Source of the DNA: a virus
Strand: one strand, 5' to 3'
Length of the DNA stretch: 64,000 nucleotides
IMG/VR virus record: IMGVR_UViG_3300044614_001780
Shown here: positions 16,495 through 26,139 of the stretch, one piece after another
Layout: the number at the start of each line of letters is the position of its first letter
Position numbering within the stretch: the stretch's first letter is position 1
The notes under the pieces: model-generated
Seen by the model: the letters and a program-made list of their open reading frames with translations, nothing else
Databases searched by the model: none
What the model was told of the DNA's origin: nothing
Translations under genes and position numbers: made by a program

Positions 16495-18775
16495 AGTCTT
16501 CTTCTCCTTCTGAACTTAAAATTTCTGCAATTAAATCATCAACAGTTTGCTTTTCCTCCTTTACCTCATCTGTCTTAATATCATATGTATTCTGATAGTA
16601 AGAGGTCTTCCAACCATACTTGTATGTTTTGAGGAAGTCATTTGCCATTACAGTCACTGGAACTTCATTATCTGGATAGTTTTCTGGATTATAACTCCAG
16701 TTTCCAGAGATTGCTTGGTCAAAAAACTTTTGCATTACCGAAACAATATTGATATAACCAGTATTGTCTTTCATTTCCCACAAAAGAGTATAATTATTCT
16801 TCAGTGTGTGATATTGGGGAACAATTTGCTTAAGAGGTCCTTTCTTGGATTTCTTAATGGACAAGAATCCACGAGGAGGTTCAATTCCATTAGTTGCGTT
16901 TGACACAACGGAACTGCTCTCCGATGGCATCTGTGCGGACAGTGTTGAGTGCCTGAGACCGTGTTCCAGGATAGATGCTCTAAGAGTTTCCCAATCATGC
17001 TGATAATTAATGGATGAAATTTCGTCTACATCTTTTTTGTAAGTATCAATGGGAAGAATTCCATCGGCATACTTAGTGCGATTAAAGTACCCACATGCTC
17101 CCTTCTCTTTTGCAATTTGGTTGGAAGATTTCAGTAGATAGTATTGGAAACTCTCAGAAAGTCCATGGATTGCATCCCATGCCTCTTGAGAATCATAATT
17201 AAATCCAAGTTTAGCAAGGTAGTGTGCAAGTCCGATGTAACCAATACCAAGAGACCTACGTGCTTTAGTTGATTTTTCTGCAGCAACTACTGGATATTCT
17301 TGATAGTCAATCAACTCTTCCAGACCACGAACAGAAAGATCGCAAAGTTCTTCAAACTCATCATCAGATTTAACTTTTCCCACATTTACAGCAGAAAGAA
17401 TACACAAAGCAATCTCACCATCAGGGTCATCAATGTGTTGTAGTGGTTGAGTTGGAAGTGTAATCTCTTGACAAAGGTTACTCATCCATACTTTATCTTT
17501 AAAAGAAGAGTGTGAATTGCAATGGTCAATATTCATAATGTAGATACGACCCGTTTCCGCACGTTCCTTAAGGAGGTCAAGAATAAGTTCCTGTGCTTTA
17601 ATAGTTTTTTTCTTAATGGACGGATTCTTTTCATACGAAACATAGAGATCGTCAAACTCAGGGAGTCCGAAAGAATCATAAAGTCCAGGTACGTCGTGGG
17701 GACTGAAGAGAGTAATCTCTTCATCTTTGATGAACCTTTCATAGAACAACTTAGTAATTTGAATAGAGTAGTCAAGTTTACGAACTCGATTATCTTCAGT
17801 ACCCTTATTATTTTTAAGAACTAGAATGTCTTCGATTTCTTGGTGCCAGATTGGGAAGTGGACAGTTGCTGATCCACCTCGGATGCCATTTTGAGTGCAG
17901 CATCGGACAGTGCTTTCAAACTTTTTGAGGAATGGAACAACACCTGTGTGCTGAACTTCTCCGCCTCTGATTTTAGAGTTGATACCACGGATGCGACCTG
18001 CGTTGATGCCGATGCCCGCCCTTTGTGCAACGTATCTGCCGATAGCCATATCAGAACTAAAGATGCTATCGAGGGTGTCATCAGAATCAACAAGAACACA
18101 GCTAGCAAATTGTCGAAGTGGAGTTCGCACTCCTGCCATGATAGGTGTGGGAATGTTGATTTTGTGCTTTGAGATTGCGTCATAGTACCTCCTGACATAT
18201 GACATTCTGGTTTCTTTTGGATATTGCGAGAAAATAGTCGCAGCAATCATCATGTACATAAATTGTGGGGTCTCATAGACCTTTCCACTACTTCTATCTT
18301 GCACGAGGTACTTATCAACGACTTGACGTAGACCTGCATAAGTGAACAAGTAGTCACGATTATGATGGATATACGAACCAAGTCTATTAAGTTCTTCCTC
18401 AGTGTAGTTGTTGAGAATTTCTGCATCATAAACACCAATGCTTACGCATTTTTTAATATGCTCCAAAAATGTAGGATGCTCCTGAACTCTACCGTACAGG
18501 GACTTTCTAACAGAAAAAAGGAGAAGTCTTGCTGCAACAAATTGATAATTTGGATTTTCCAAATCAATCAAGTCAGAAGCAGAACGAATTAGAATCTCTT
18601 GAATTTCTGCAGTTGTAATTCCATCATAAAATTGAATGCCAGATTGCATCTCAACTTGAGAAGCAGATACTCCTGCCAAATCTTTACAAGCTTCATCAAC
18701 CATCAAGTGAATTTTATTCAAATCCAAAGATTCCACTCGACCGTTTCTTTTAATAACTTTTGTCCCGTTGCTCAT
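16475..18775 (-). CDS. nrdA: Ribonucleotide reductase class Ia alpha subunit
   Basis: ATP cone VIKRNG, PTPIMAG, ASCVL, SNLCQEI, C-terminal CESC; start ATG 18775 overlaps primase stop. Confidence 0.97.
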   Translation of the reverse strand: MSNGTKVIKRNGRVESLDLNKIHLMVDEACKDLAGVSASQVEMQSGIQFYDGITTAEIQEILIRSASDLIDLENPNYQFVAARLLLFSVRKSLYGRVQEHPTFLEHIKKCVSIGVYDAEILNNYTEEELNRLGSYIHHNRDYLFTYAGLRQVVDKYLVQDRSSGKVYETPQFMYMMIAATIFSQYPKETRMSYVRRYYDAISKHKINIPTPIMAGVRTPLRQFASCVLVDSDDTLDSIFSSDMAIGRYVAQRAGIGINAGRIRGINSKIRGGEVQHTGVVPFLKKFESTVRCCTQNGIRGGSATVHFPIWHQEIEDILVLKNNKGTEDNRVRKLDYSIQITKLFYERFIKDEEITLFSPHDVPGLYDSFGLPEFDDLYVSYEKNPSIKKKTIKAQELILDLLKERAETGRIYIMNIDHCNSHSSFKDKVWMSNLCQEITLPTQPLQHIDDPDGEIALCILSAVNVGKVKSDDEFEELCDLSVRGLEELIDYQEYPVVAAEKSTKARRSLGIGYIGLAHYLAKLGFNYDSQEAWDAIHGLSESFQYYLLKSSNQIAKEKGACGYFNRTKYADGILPIDTYKKDVDEISSINYQHDWETLRASILEHGLRHSTLSAQMPSESSSVVSNATNGIEPPRGFLSIKKSKKGPLKQIVPQYHTLKNNYTLLWEMKDNTGYINIVSVMQKFFDQAISGNWSYNPENYPDNEVPVTVMANDFLKTYKYGWKTSYYQNTYDIKTDEVKEEKQTVDDLIAEILSSEGEEDCESCKI

Positions 18776-19773
18776 ACTCGTTTCCAACCAATAAGTTTTG
18801 TTTTTGCTTCTAACCCCATAAAGGTATTTTCTTTTACGATTTTGTTGACATCAATGCCTTCAAGTATCATATCATTGATATCCTTTTCTTTCAAGTCATT
18901 TGGCCAAATTACAATAGGAAATTTGGAATCAATTGCCTTTTCCATTCTCTGAATGATTTGCTTATTTCGTTTTTCATTATCATAAACCATCACAAAGTCT
19001 GATTCGAAATTAGTAATAAAAAACATATAGTCTAAATCTGCTCCAACCATAGCAATTGTATTATCTAAAAACATACTATCGATTGGTCCTTCAACGACAT
19101 ATACAGTCTTGTTAAAATCTGCTTTATCTAAACCATATATTTTTGGATGGCTGTCGTCTAGGATAATTGTAATGTATTTGACTTTTGAATTCTTATTCAG
19201 ACTGCGACCTTGAAACCCGAAGATTTTTCCGTGATTGATAAGAGGAATGATGATTCTTGGTTCGTCGTTGTCCAAATTATCGAATGTGTGCTTCTGAGTG
19301 TTTGTCCACTCTTTGAAGTTTTGACAAAAATACAATTCACGAAAATATTCTTTTGGAATTTTTCTGTTCTCTAGATATTGTCTTGCCAAGTGTTCTTTAT
19401 TTAGTTCTGCTATAGTAGGTAGGTCAAAAGACTTTTTTGAAAAGTTAGGTTTTTCAAACTTAAATTCTGGAGTCTTTGTTTGACTTCCCTTTCCTGTTAG
19501 ACCATTCTTATATCTCTCCATCACATACTGGTCATACAGAACAGTATCAATATCCTTCAGGAAGTTTGTAAACGTCCTAGAAACCCCACAATTATGGCAT
19601 TTGAAGTTGTGGTCATTCTTCAGTTTATACAAGTATCCCCGTGCCTTATTCTTAGTCCTCTGACTATCTCCACAATAAGGACAACGAAAATTATACAAAC
19701 CTTCTTTTTTTCTAGCGAACTTATGCAGTCGGGAAGAAACCAACCCGATATATTTGGAATCAATAAAACTCAT
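18772..19773 (-). CDS. gp61: DNA primase
   Basis: CPYCGDS...CHNC zinc finger, FQGR, EGPIDS, TOPRIM YDNE, KDINDM. Confidence 0.95.
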   Translation of the reverse strand: MSFIDSKYIGLVSSRLHKFARKKEGLYNFRCPYCGDSQRTKNKARGYLYKLKNDHNFKCHNCGVSRTFTNFLKDIDTVLYDQYVMERYKNGLTGKGSQTKTPEFKFEKPNFSKKSFDLPTIAELNKEHLARQYLENRKIPKEYFRELYFCQNFKEWTNTQKHTFDNLDNDEPRIIIPLINHGKIFGFQGRSLNKNSKVKYITIILDDSHPKIYGLDKADFNKTVYVVEGPIDSMFLDNTIAMVGADLDYMFFITNFESDFVMVYDNEKRNKQIIQRMEKAIDSKFPIVIWPNDLKEKDINDMILEGIDVNKIVKENTFMGLEAKTKLIGWKRV

Positions 19774-19785
19774 TTCAAAGGGGGT

Positions 19786-20238
19786 TCACTTTGCTCTCTC
19801 TATGCTACTCGAATATGGAGAGGGTGTCAATTGCGAATTCCCTATGAACTTGGGAACAAAGGCATTGAAGACGGTGACTGCGATAACTGCAACAGCAGCA
19901 ACACCACCAACTTGCCATCTAAACTTAACTAAATCTTCTATTTTCTGTTCTATCTTTTCAATCTTTCTTGCAATTTCTTGCTGGTCCTTTTCATTCTCGT
20001 CTTTAATCTCATCAATCATCCTGACAAGAAGTTCGTCGGTTTTCATACTTTGTTCAATTCTTTCATCGTGCTTAGCAAGAATAGTAGCAATTCTATTGTT
20101 CCCTTCCGATATCTTTTCTACTGCTGCTTCCAGTTTGCTCAGCATCTCACGAGATAAATCCTCATAAATGCCAAGTTTCGATTCAAGAACTGCTAATTTT
20201 GAATCCTGAGAAAATACTGCCACTATCCTTGTCTCCAA
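19786..20238 (-). CDS. Coiled-coil protein with C-terminal TM helix
   Basis: Heptad repeats then WQVGGVAAVAVIAVTVF; its 3' end carries promoter TTGACA-N17-TAGCAT (19802-19830) upstream of gp61. Confidence 0.65.
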   Translation of the reverse strand: METRIVAVFSQDSKLAVLESKLGIYEDLSREMLSKLEAAVEKISEGNNRIATILAKHDERIEQSMKTDELLVRMIDEIKDENEKDQQEIARKIEKIEQKIEDLVKFRWQVGGVAAVAVIAVTVFNAFVPKFIGNSQLTPSPYSSSIERAK

Positions 20239-20420
20239 AGTTTTCTAGAGTTTTTTTGATAGATATACTTCTTCTTTCTTCCAGTCAATCTAACTGGAGG
20301 ATTTCCTGGGTCTGCCTCTGGAGTTCCCGCAATATTTCCACTTCCAACATTATTAGTTGGAAGTGCCCCAAGTTCTTCTCTTATATAAAAAATGATTTTA
20401 TCCAGGAGTTCTCTTTTCAT
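20223..20420 (-). CDS. Hypothetical protein
   Basis: IREE followed by PTNNVGSGNIAG and a basic tail. Confidence 0.6.
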   Translation of the reverse strand: MKRELLDKIIFYIREELGALPTNNVGSGNIAGTPEADPGNPPVRLTGRKKKYIYQKNSRKLWRQG

Positions 20421-20792
20421 TTAAATACAATCTAATTGTTGCATACAATTATCATCAATTTTAATATCATGAATAACTGTGTGTGGATATTCAGGAAGTC
20501 TATCCAAATAAACAATAAAAGTTTTCAGAACAGTCCAAAATTCTTCATCAATTTTATAAAATAAAAGTGGAGTTGCTGCATCACCAAAAACATTATAAAG
20601 TATAATGAAATGATTAATTAAAAGATGAATTTTTAATTCTCCATCTTTTTTATATCTTCTAAGTAATTTTTTTATCCACTTAAATCTCTTCAAATCATCA
20701 TAAAAATCTTCCTTGGTTACTGCCTGAGGATTTTCGTAATGTTTAATTGCAAAAAGAATATAATTATCTTCATTCAATTCATCAAATCTCAT
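20421..20792 (-). CDS. Conserved T4-like phage hypothetical protein
   Basis: FAIKHYENP...FYDDLKRFK...LINH...YNVFG. Confidence 0.7.
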   Translation of the reverse strand: MRFDELNEDNYILFAIKHYENPQAVTKEDFYDDLKRFKWIKKLLRRYKKDGELKIHLLINHFIILYNVFGDAATPLLFYKIDEEFWTVLKTFIVYLDRLPEYPHTVIHDIKIDDNCMQQLDCI

Positions 20793-20802
20793 ACTTCATA
20801 AA

Positions 20803-21321
20803 TTATGGAAGGAACTTGCTATCGTCTGCTGCATCACCACCAGTACCAGTAGTGCTTGCTACACCAGTTGTAATACCAGACATAGCAACAAGAACTTCAT
20901 GCTTGACTCTAAGGTTGCCGTGAGTGTCTATGTATGTAGTAACTCCAACCCATCCACCATGAGTTACAGAATAAGCAGTTGTTCTTGCTACACCAACTTC
21001 ATCTTCAGAAACACCAAAAATCTCTGTTGAAGAATAATTTGGGTCCCAAAGAGTATACTTTGGTCTCTGGGATGCAGTCCACTGCTGTCCAGAAATTGCT
21101 GCACCACTCAAATATTGAGTTGATGCAATCGAAATAACAGTATTTGAGGTAATTCCAGATACAACTGCTTGCCCAAAAGTATTACCTGTTCCAATTGAAA
21201 TAATATCACCAACACTCAATGCTGTGAAAGTAGTACCAGTTCCAGTTACAGTTTTATTTGTATAATTTACTGCAATGGTTCCAGCAGAATAAATGTCGTC
21301 TTTTTTACCCCAGAGTGCCAT
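20803..21321 (-). CDS. Probable virion structural protein (Thr/Gly-rich)
   Basis: MALWG start, VTGTGTTFT, HGGWVG...RVKHEVLVAM; late promoter 21357-21364. Confidence 0.6.
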   Translation of the reverse strand: MALWGKKDDIYSAGTIAVNYTNKTVTGTGTTFTALSVGDIISIGTGNTFGQAVVSGITSNTVISIASTQYLSGAAISGQQWTASQRPKYTLWDPNYSSTEIFGVSEDEVGVARTTAYSVTHGGWVGVTTYIDTHGNLRVKHEVLVAMSGITTGVASTTGTGGDAADDSKFLP

Positions 21322-21377
21322 CTTGTTCTTTTCCGTAAAAAATTTTTTCCTAAAGGTATTTATAAAAAGGGCAAATA

Positions 21378-21539
21378 TTATTTTTTGCCCCGCATTAAAA
21401 CAAATCTTAAAAAGTTTTTAGTTAAATCAAGTAATCCATTCTCCTCAAATCTTTTTGTTTTTGCTAACCATTCGGAAGCAGTTAACAATAGACCAAGAAC
21501 AATTGTTACTCCCCAGTTAGTTACAAAGCAGGTAATCAT
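21378..21539 (-). CDS. Small membrane protein (53 aa, holin-like topology)
   Basis: Not in track; MITCFVTNWGVTIVLGLLLTASEWLAKTKRFEENGLLD...; ATGA coupling. Confidence 0.55.
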   Translation of the reverse strand: MITCFVTNWGVTIVLGLLLTASEWLAKTKRFEENGLLDLTKNFLRFVLMRGKK

Positions 21540-21709
21540 GCTTGTGGTGTAAAGAGTTTATCCTTTACCATTTCATAAACTACATTATCAATGCTGTTAT
21601 CTGTGCTATCAACATACTTCTTGAGCAGGTCAAGAACAAGTTGCTTAACTGCTGGACTTGTAGCAATTTGAAGAAGAAGTGGTTTTAAGACCGCAACTAC
21701 TGCACCCAT
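21536..21709 (-). CDS. Hypothetical amphipathic protein
   Basis: VKQLVLDLLKKYVDSTDNSID; GAGG site upstream of ATG 21709. Confidence 0.6.
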   Translation of the reverse strand: MGAVVAVLKPLLLQIATSPAVKQLVLDLLKKYVDSTDNSIDNVVYEMVKDKLFTPQA

Positions 21710-21768
21710 GATGCCCTCCATGAGGTAATTCAAATAATATTTATTATAAAAAATTATTTTTTAATGAT

Positions 21769-23358
21769 TTACCATTTAACTTTGTTTGCCCAATAAGCAG
21801 CAGACATTTTTCCCTTTTTAATATTTTTTGCATGTCTTGTTTGAAATCTATGACGACGACTTGCATATTTCTTAGATTCTCCCTTTTTCTTGGGAGAACC
21901 CTTTACACCAAGTTGACCAAAACGAATTAATCTTTCTTTACCACCTTCACATGCCTTTACGACATGGGATTTTCCAGTTTCACCAGAACCATGTGCCTCA
22001 GCTCTAGGCTTATTGCACTTCATTTCAGACTTTTTTGACTCCTCTATTTCAACCCCCTCTCCAATTATACCATTGATTAGTTGTGAATTTTTTCTTCTTT
22101 TTGCATTTTCAAGTGCCTTTAATACCATTAGCATTAAAATTTTTTTTTTATCTAATTCTTCAGAAAGTTTTTCATCACTCTGCATATACTCAGAGGCAGT
22201 ATCAATATAATCTGCAGCTCTGGTAATTTTCGATTGAACCCAGGCAGGCATTTGTGTATCTGCCTTCTTTATTTTTTTACGAAGTGCCTTAATTGCTCTC
22301 TCCATTTGATCCAATTCAACATTTGCCATATAACCTTCATCATCTTTCTTTTTACCACTAGCAATTTCATTATGGTCTTCCATAATTCGTGGATTCATCT
22401 CAATTTTATTTTTTCCTTTCATCACATCGATAATTTTTTTCTTGGAAATCTTTTCTTTATTTCCACCTTTTTCCTCAATTTCAAATAAAAACTCTTCTTT
22501 CCAATTTGAATACTCTTCCATTCTTGCTTGAATTAAATTAGTTTTCAACTTTTTATTTTGCCTTGCTTTTTGACCGAGAGTTGGTTCTGTTCTCGAACCT
22601 TCTGCAGGACCAGCAGTTCTTCTTTCTCCCTCAGATGAAGGTTTCAGCATTTTCCTCTTATCCACCCCATAAGGAAGTTGTGGTCTATCTGGAGATGGTT
22701 GTCCAATTCTCTTTGCTGGTTGACCAACTCTAAATCCACCTTCAGAAGAAGCAGGAAGTCTCCTTCTTTTACTTATTAGTTTTCCTGGGGGAAGAGCCTT
22801 TCTTTCCGAAGAATCAACATTTTTTGGACCAGTTTCTCTAGACTCTTCTCTTTTTGGTCTTCCTGGTTTTCCTAAATCTTTTTTCTCATTTTGTTTTTTC
22901 AGGGAGTCTTTTGCTTCTTTTTTCTTTTGGAGTGCCTTTGCCCCATGGTAAGCACCCTTTGCCAATCCAGCAGCAAGAGATCCTAGATTTTCAATTGCCT
23001 TGGAATGTGCGGTAAGTTCTGGGTCTTTATATCCAATTTTTTGCACCTTTACACTTGCTAAAGCCTTTTTTGCCTTAGCACCTTCAGTTTCTGCTGCTTC
23101 TTTCCCTTTTTCTAACTGCCTCTTTTTTTGATCTTCGTATTTTTGTTTTTTAAATTCAAGTTGTTGTTGAAGATACTTGGTATAATTAGATGACTCCTCC
23201 TTGCCCTTACCCTTTGCTTTCTTATTTTTCTTTTGCTCAGACTCCAAGGCTTCTCTTCCTTTTTTGTTTATTTCGGAAGAAGTTAACTTTTTTCCATCCT
23301 TTTTGGATGTTCTTTCATATTTTTTATCTTCAAAGATATACTTTTCCCAGTAGGTCAT
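21769..23358 (-). CDS. Modular Lys-rich protein, putative internal head polyprotein
   Basis: MTYWEKYIFE start, YSNWKEEF linker, PAWVQSKITRAADY module, C-terminal RFG...RH...SAAYWANKVKW module; late promoter upstream. Confidence 0.65.
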   Translation of the reverse strand: MTYWEKYIFEDKKYERTSKKDGKKLTSSEINKKGREALESEQKKNKKAKGKGKEESSNYTKYLQQQLEFKKQKYEDQKKRQLEKGKEAAETEGAKAKKALASVKVQKIGYKDPELTAHSKAIENLGSLAAGLAKGAYHGAKALQKKKEAKDSLKKQNEKKDLGKPGRPKREESRETGPKNVDSSERKALPPGKLISKRRRLPASSEGGFRVGQPAKRIGQPSPDRPQLPYGVDKRKMLKPSSEGERRTAGPAEGSRTEPTLGQKARQNKKLKTNLIQARMEEYSNWKEEFLFEIEEKGGNKEKISKKKIIDVMKGKNKIEMNPRIMEDHNEIASGKKKDDEGYMANVELDQMERAIKALRKKIKKADTQMPAWVQSKITRAADYIDTASEYMQSDEKLSEELDKKKILMLMVLKALENAKRRKNSQLINGIIGEGVEIEESKKSEMKCNKPRAEAHGSGETGKSHVVKACEGGKERLIRFGQLGVKGSPKKKGESKKYASRRHRFQTRHAKNIKKGKMSAAYWANKVKW

Positions 23359-23386
23359 TTTAAGTTAAGAAGTTCCCTTTATATCT

Positions 23387-24541
23387 TTATTTATAGTTTT
23401 TGCGGGAAATATGAGATTTCTTTTTTTTACTTGCAGAGAAATCTCGAACCTTTTCTCCTGGGGTAATCCCCTGAACATAATTTAAATACTCAAGAGTACC
23501 TATCTCATGAACTTCTCTAACATCTCTTAACCAACTCTTAAACATGAGATTGTCTTCTGTTACACAAATCAAATAATTTGCACCTCTTCTAATAATTTTA
23601 CCAATCAATCCACTATTTACATTTTCAACAAAAGTACCAACTTCAAAAAGATTATTGTTTTTATAATTCCATCTCAACCCATCATAGTCAAACTCTGGTT
23701 CTATTCTCCAAGCCTCAGTTGACTCATTAACTTTCATGGATTTTCTAAGAGTATTAAACATCTCTTCTTTTTCTCTCTGATCCATATTAATTGGGAGACC
23801 TGCCTCAAATTTGTAAAAATCTCCCATAGCAACTGCAGCTTTCATAAGAGCAGAAGAACCAGGGGATTCTACCTCGCTATCTGGGTCCTTTACTCCTGCA
23901 GTGATTACTTCCAAATTAGAAAATTCATATCCCTGTCCTTCTGCTTTATGAGCCAAACTTTGAAATTCTCCAAGTCTTTCTTGCCCAACAACTAAAGTAA
24001 CATCAGTATACCCATCAGAATATACAGATTCAAGAATATCAAATATTGTTCTAGCATCTTCACTATCAACAATGTATTCCTCGTAATCAGGAAACATTGA
24101 TTTCATATAAGCAATCTTTAAAGTGGGGTTTAGTGGATTTGAAGAAGAATCTTGTATTCTACTTGGGTATATTCTATATTCAAATCCTTTTCGTTTTGCC
24201 TGAGAAAATCCTGCTTTTAGCAATTGCTCATGATTTTTTGATGGGGGATTAAATCTTCCAAGAACAACAACAACTCCTTTTGGTTCTTGTTCCTGTGTTT
24301 GTTGCTGTGTTTGATTCTGGTAGTTGGCACTAACTTTTTCTTCTTCACCAGGAATACCATCTACAGATTTCGAATCACCTTGCCCATAAAACTTTAGTTT
24401 ACCATTAACAGTTTTTGCAACAAAATTTCCTTGATTGTCATACCAATCTCCATGACCATTACCTACAAGTCCACGGTTCTTTGCCTCAGTAGATGCTAAG
24501 GTCTCTACTGCCTCGTTAAAAAATTTAGCAAAAGTCTTCAT
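23387..24541 (-). CDS. Cytidyltransferase/nucleotidyltransferase-like protein with capsid-targeting-like N-terminus
   Basis: MKTFAKFFNEA; GRFNPPSKNH (degenerate HxGH), NPL...K, VVGQER. Confidence 0.7.
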   Translation of the reverse strand: MKTFAKFFNEAVETLASTEAKNRGLVGNGHGDWYDNQGNFVAKTVNGKLKFYGQGDSKSVDGIPGEEEKVSANYQNQTQQQTQEQEPKGVVVVLGRFNPPSKNHEQLLKAGFSQAKRKGFEYRIYPSRIQDSSSNPLNPTLKIAYMKSMFPDYEEYIVDSEDARTIFDILESVYSDGYTDVTLVVGQERLGEFQSLAHKAEGQGYEFSNLEVITAGVKDPDSEVESPGSSALMKAAVAMGDFYKFEAGLPINMDQREKEEMFNTLRKSMKVNESTEAWRIEPEFDYDGLRWNYKNNNLFEVGTFVENVNSGLIGKIIRRGANYLICVTEDNLMFKSWLRDVREVHEIGTLEYLNYVQGITPGEKVRDFSASKKKKSHISRKNYK

Positions 24542-24578
24542 TATTACTTGGTTTTTAAATATTTATTTGTATAATAAT

Positions 24579-25505
24579 TTATTCAATATCCAAAACAATA
24601 GAAGATGCGGGAGCAATTAATGTTTTAGATTTCGTAGCATCAAGAATTGCTTTCTTTAACATTTCTGGAAGTTGCTGCTTTTCTCGTATTTGAACCCTAG
24701 CACCAATATCACCTTTTGATAAAGATTTAGAGAATATTCTAAGAAATCCGTCTTTTGTCCTAAGAGCATTTCCTCTTGAATCCCATAACGAAAAAAATTG
24801 ATCTGCTCTTCTTTTTCTAATAACCAAATATAAAGTTTCACCAGAATTAACCATATTGGATGTACTTAAAATATCACAATCATTTATTGTTATGATTTTA
24901 GAAGTTGTATCTTTTGACATAGAATTAGCAGTTCCATTCAAAATATAATAATTTATAGGACCTCCAACATTTGAAGCAGTAAATATATTAAGTCTCATAG
25001 AATCAGGTATTTTAATGTAAATATCTGGAATTATTATAGATTTTAATTTATCATATTCTGCTTTTATATTGTCCTTAGTTGTATTATCTAAGGGAGAATT
25101 AATTGAATTTTTTTGAATATCTTTAATTAAATAGTCTCCAATTTTATCCATAATTTTATTTTTTTGTGGAGTATAATAAGCATTAAGTTGTTCTGCAACT
25201 TTTCTCAATGCTTTATTCATCCACGATTTCATTTCTATATCATCTACAAAACTTTTTAATCCAGCACCAGCAAAGTTAATGGGATTATGCTGCTTGCAAG
25301 AAATTTTGTAACTACTACCTGAAGAAGTTGAGACTATTAAATCTGCTGCGGATCTGTCTCCCAATGGATCTTCCATAATATCAGAAACATCTTTAATTTG
25401 AAATCCATTTTTTCCTTTTATGGAAATTGGACCTCCAGTTGTAGAAATAAACTTTTTAACTTCTCTCAAAATATTAGTTTCTTGAGCAGACCTATTGCCA
25501 GACAT
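24579..25505 (-). CDS. Putative PD-(D/E)XK-family nuclease
   Basis: ADLIV......YKISCK fits a D...(E/S)xK core; very AT-rich gene. Confidence 0.5.
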   Translation of the reverse strand: MSGNRSAQETNILREVKKFISTTGGPISIKGKNGFQIKDVSDIMEDPLGDRSAADLIVSTSSGSSYKISCKQHNPINFAGAGLKSFVDDIEMKSWMNKALRKVAEQLNAYYTPQKNKIMDKIGDYLIKDIQKNSINSPLDNTTKDNIKAEYDKLKSIIIPDIYIKIPDSMRLNIFTASNVGGPINYYILNGTANSMSKDTTSKIITINDCDILSTSNMVNSGETLYLVIRKRRADQFFSLWDSRGNALRTKDGFLRIFSKSLSKGDIGARVQIREKQQLPEMLKKAILDATKSKTLIAPASSIVLDIE

Positions 25506-25543
25506 GAAAAATCCCCATTTTCTTTTATTTAGAAATGGGGATT
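25506..25543 (-). promoter_or_regulatory. RBS-sequestering hairpin/terminator with late promoter in the loop
   Basis: AATCCCCATTT-CTAAATAAAAGA-AAATGGGGATT-TTTC-ATG. Confidence 0.65.
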
Positions 25544-25547
25544 AATG

Positions 25548-25730
25548 TTATTCTGCCTTATCTACCACCTGACCAATTGCATCATCCAGGTCAGTAATCA
25601 CTTCACGAATATTAAAAATACGAGGAGGAACTGTATTAACATCGTTAGTATATCCTTTCTGTGATTCAAATAGTACTTGTCGAACTGCAGCAGCAGAACG
25701 GACATTCATTTCGAGTTTTACTTTACTCAC
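25548..25730 (-). CDS. Hypothetical protein
   Basis: AAAVRQVLF...PPRI..IREVI; GTGA coupling with mazG. Confidence 0.65.
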   Translation of the reverse strand: MSKVKLEMNVRSAAAVRQVLFESQKGYTNDVNTVPPRIFNIREVITDLDDAIGQVVDKAE

Positions 25731-26137
25731 AGGTCTCCCTCCTCACGATTTTCAGAATAGTACACATCAAATGCACCACCAGGATAACGTTTCTCCAATT
25801 TTTTCACATTGCGAGCAATTACTTCATCAAAAGAAACTTCAAGTGCCATACAAGCTTGAGCAACATACCACATCAAATCACCCAGTTCAAGCAAAAGATG
25901 TTCTTTATTATCTGCATTCCAAGGTTTACCTTGGAAAATCATCTTCTTGATAATTTCAAGGAACTCTCCCCCTTCTGCATTAATTCCAACACCAGCAGTT
26001 AGAAGACGTTCAATATTAGCACCCTTTTCATCTAACTCAACCATTCGGTCTGCCAAAGAAACAAACTCCCTGGAAGCATCAGAGGTTACTGCATCTACAA
26101 ATTCTTGATACTTAGCAAAATCAACTTGTTTCGTCAT
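25727..26137 (-). CDS. mazG: MazG-like NTP pyrophosphohydrolase
   Basis: AEGGEFLEIIKK, ELGDLMWY, KLEKRYP. Confidence 0.9.
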   Translation of the reverse strand: MTKQVDFAKYQEFVDAVTSDASREFVSLADRMVELDEKGANIERLLTAGVGINAEGGEFLEIIKKMIFQGKPWNADNKEHLLLELGDLMWYVAQACMALEVSFDEVIARNVKKLEKRYPGGAFDVYYSENREEGDL

Positions 26138-26139
26138 AT

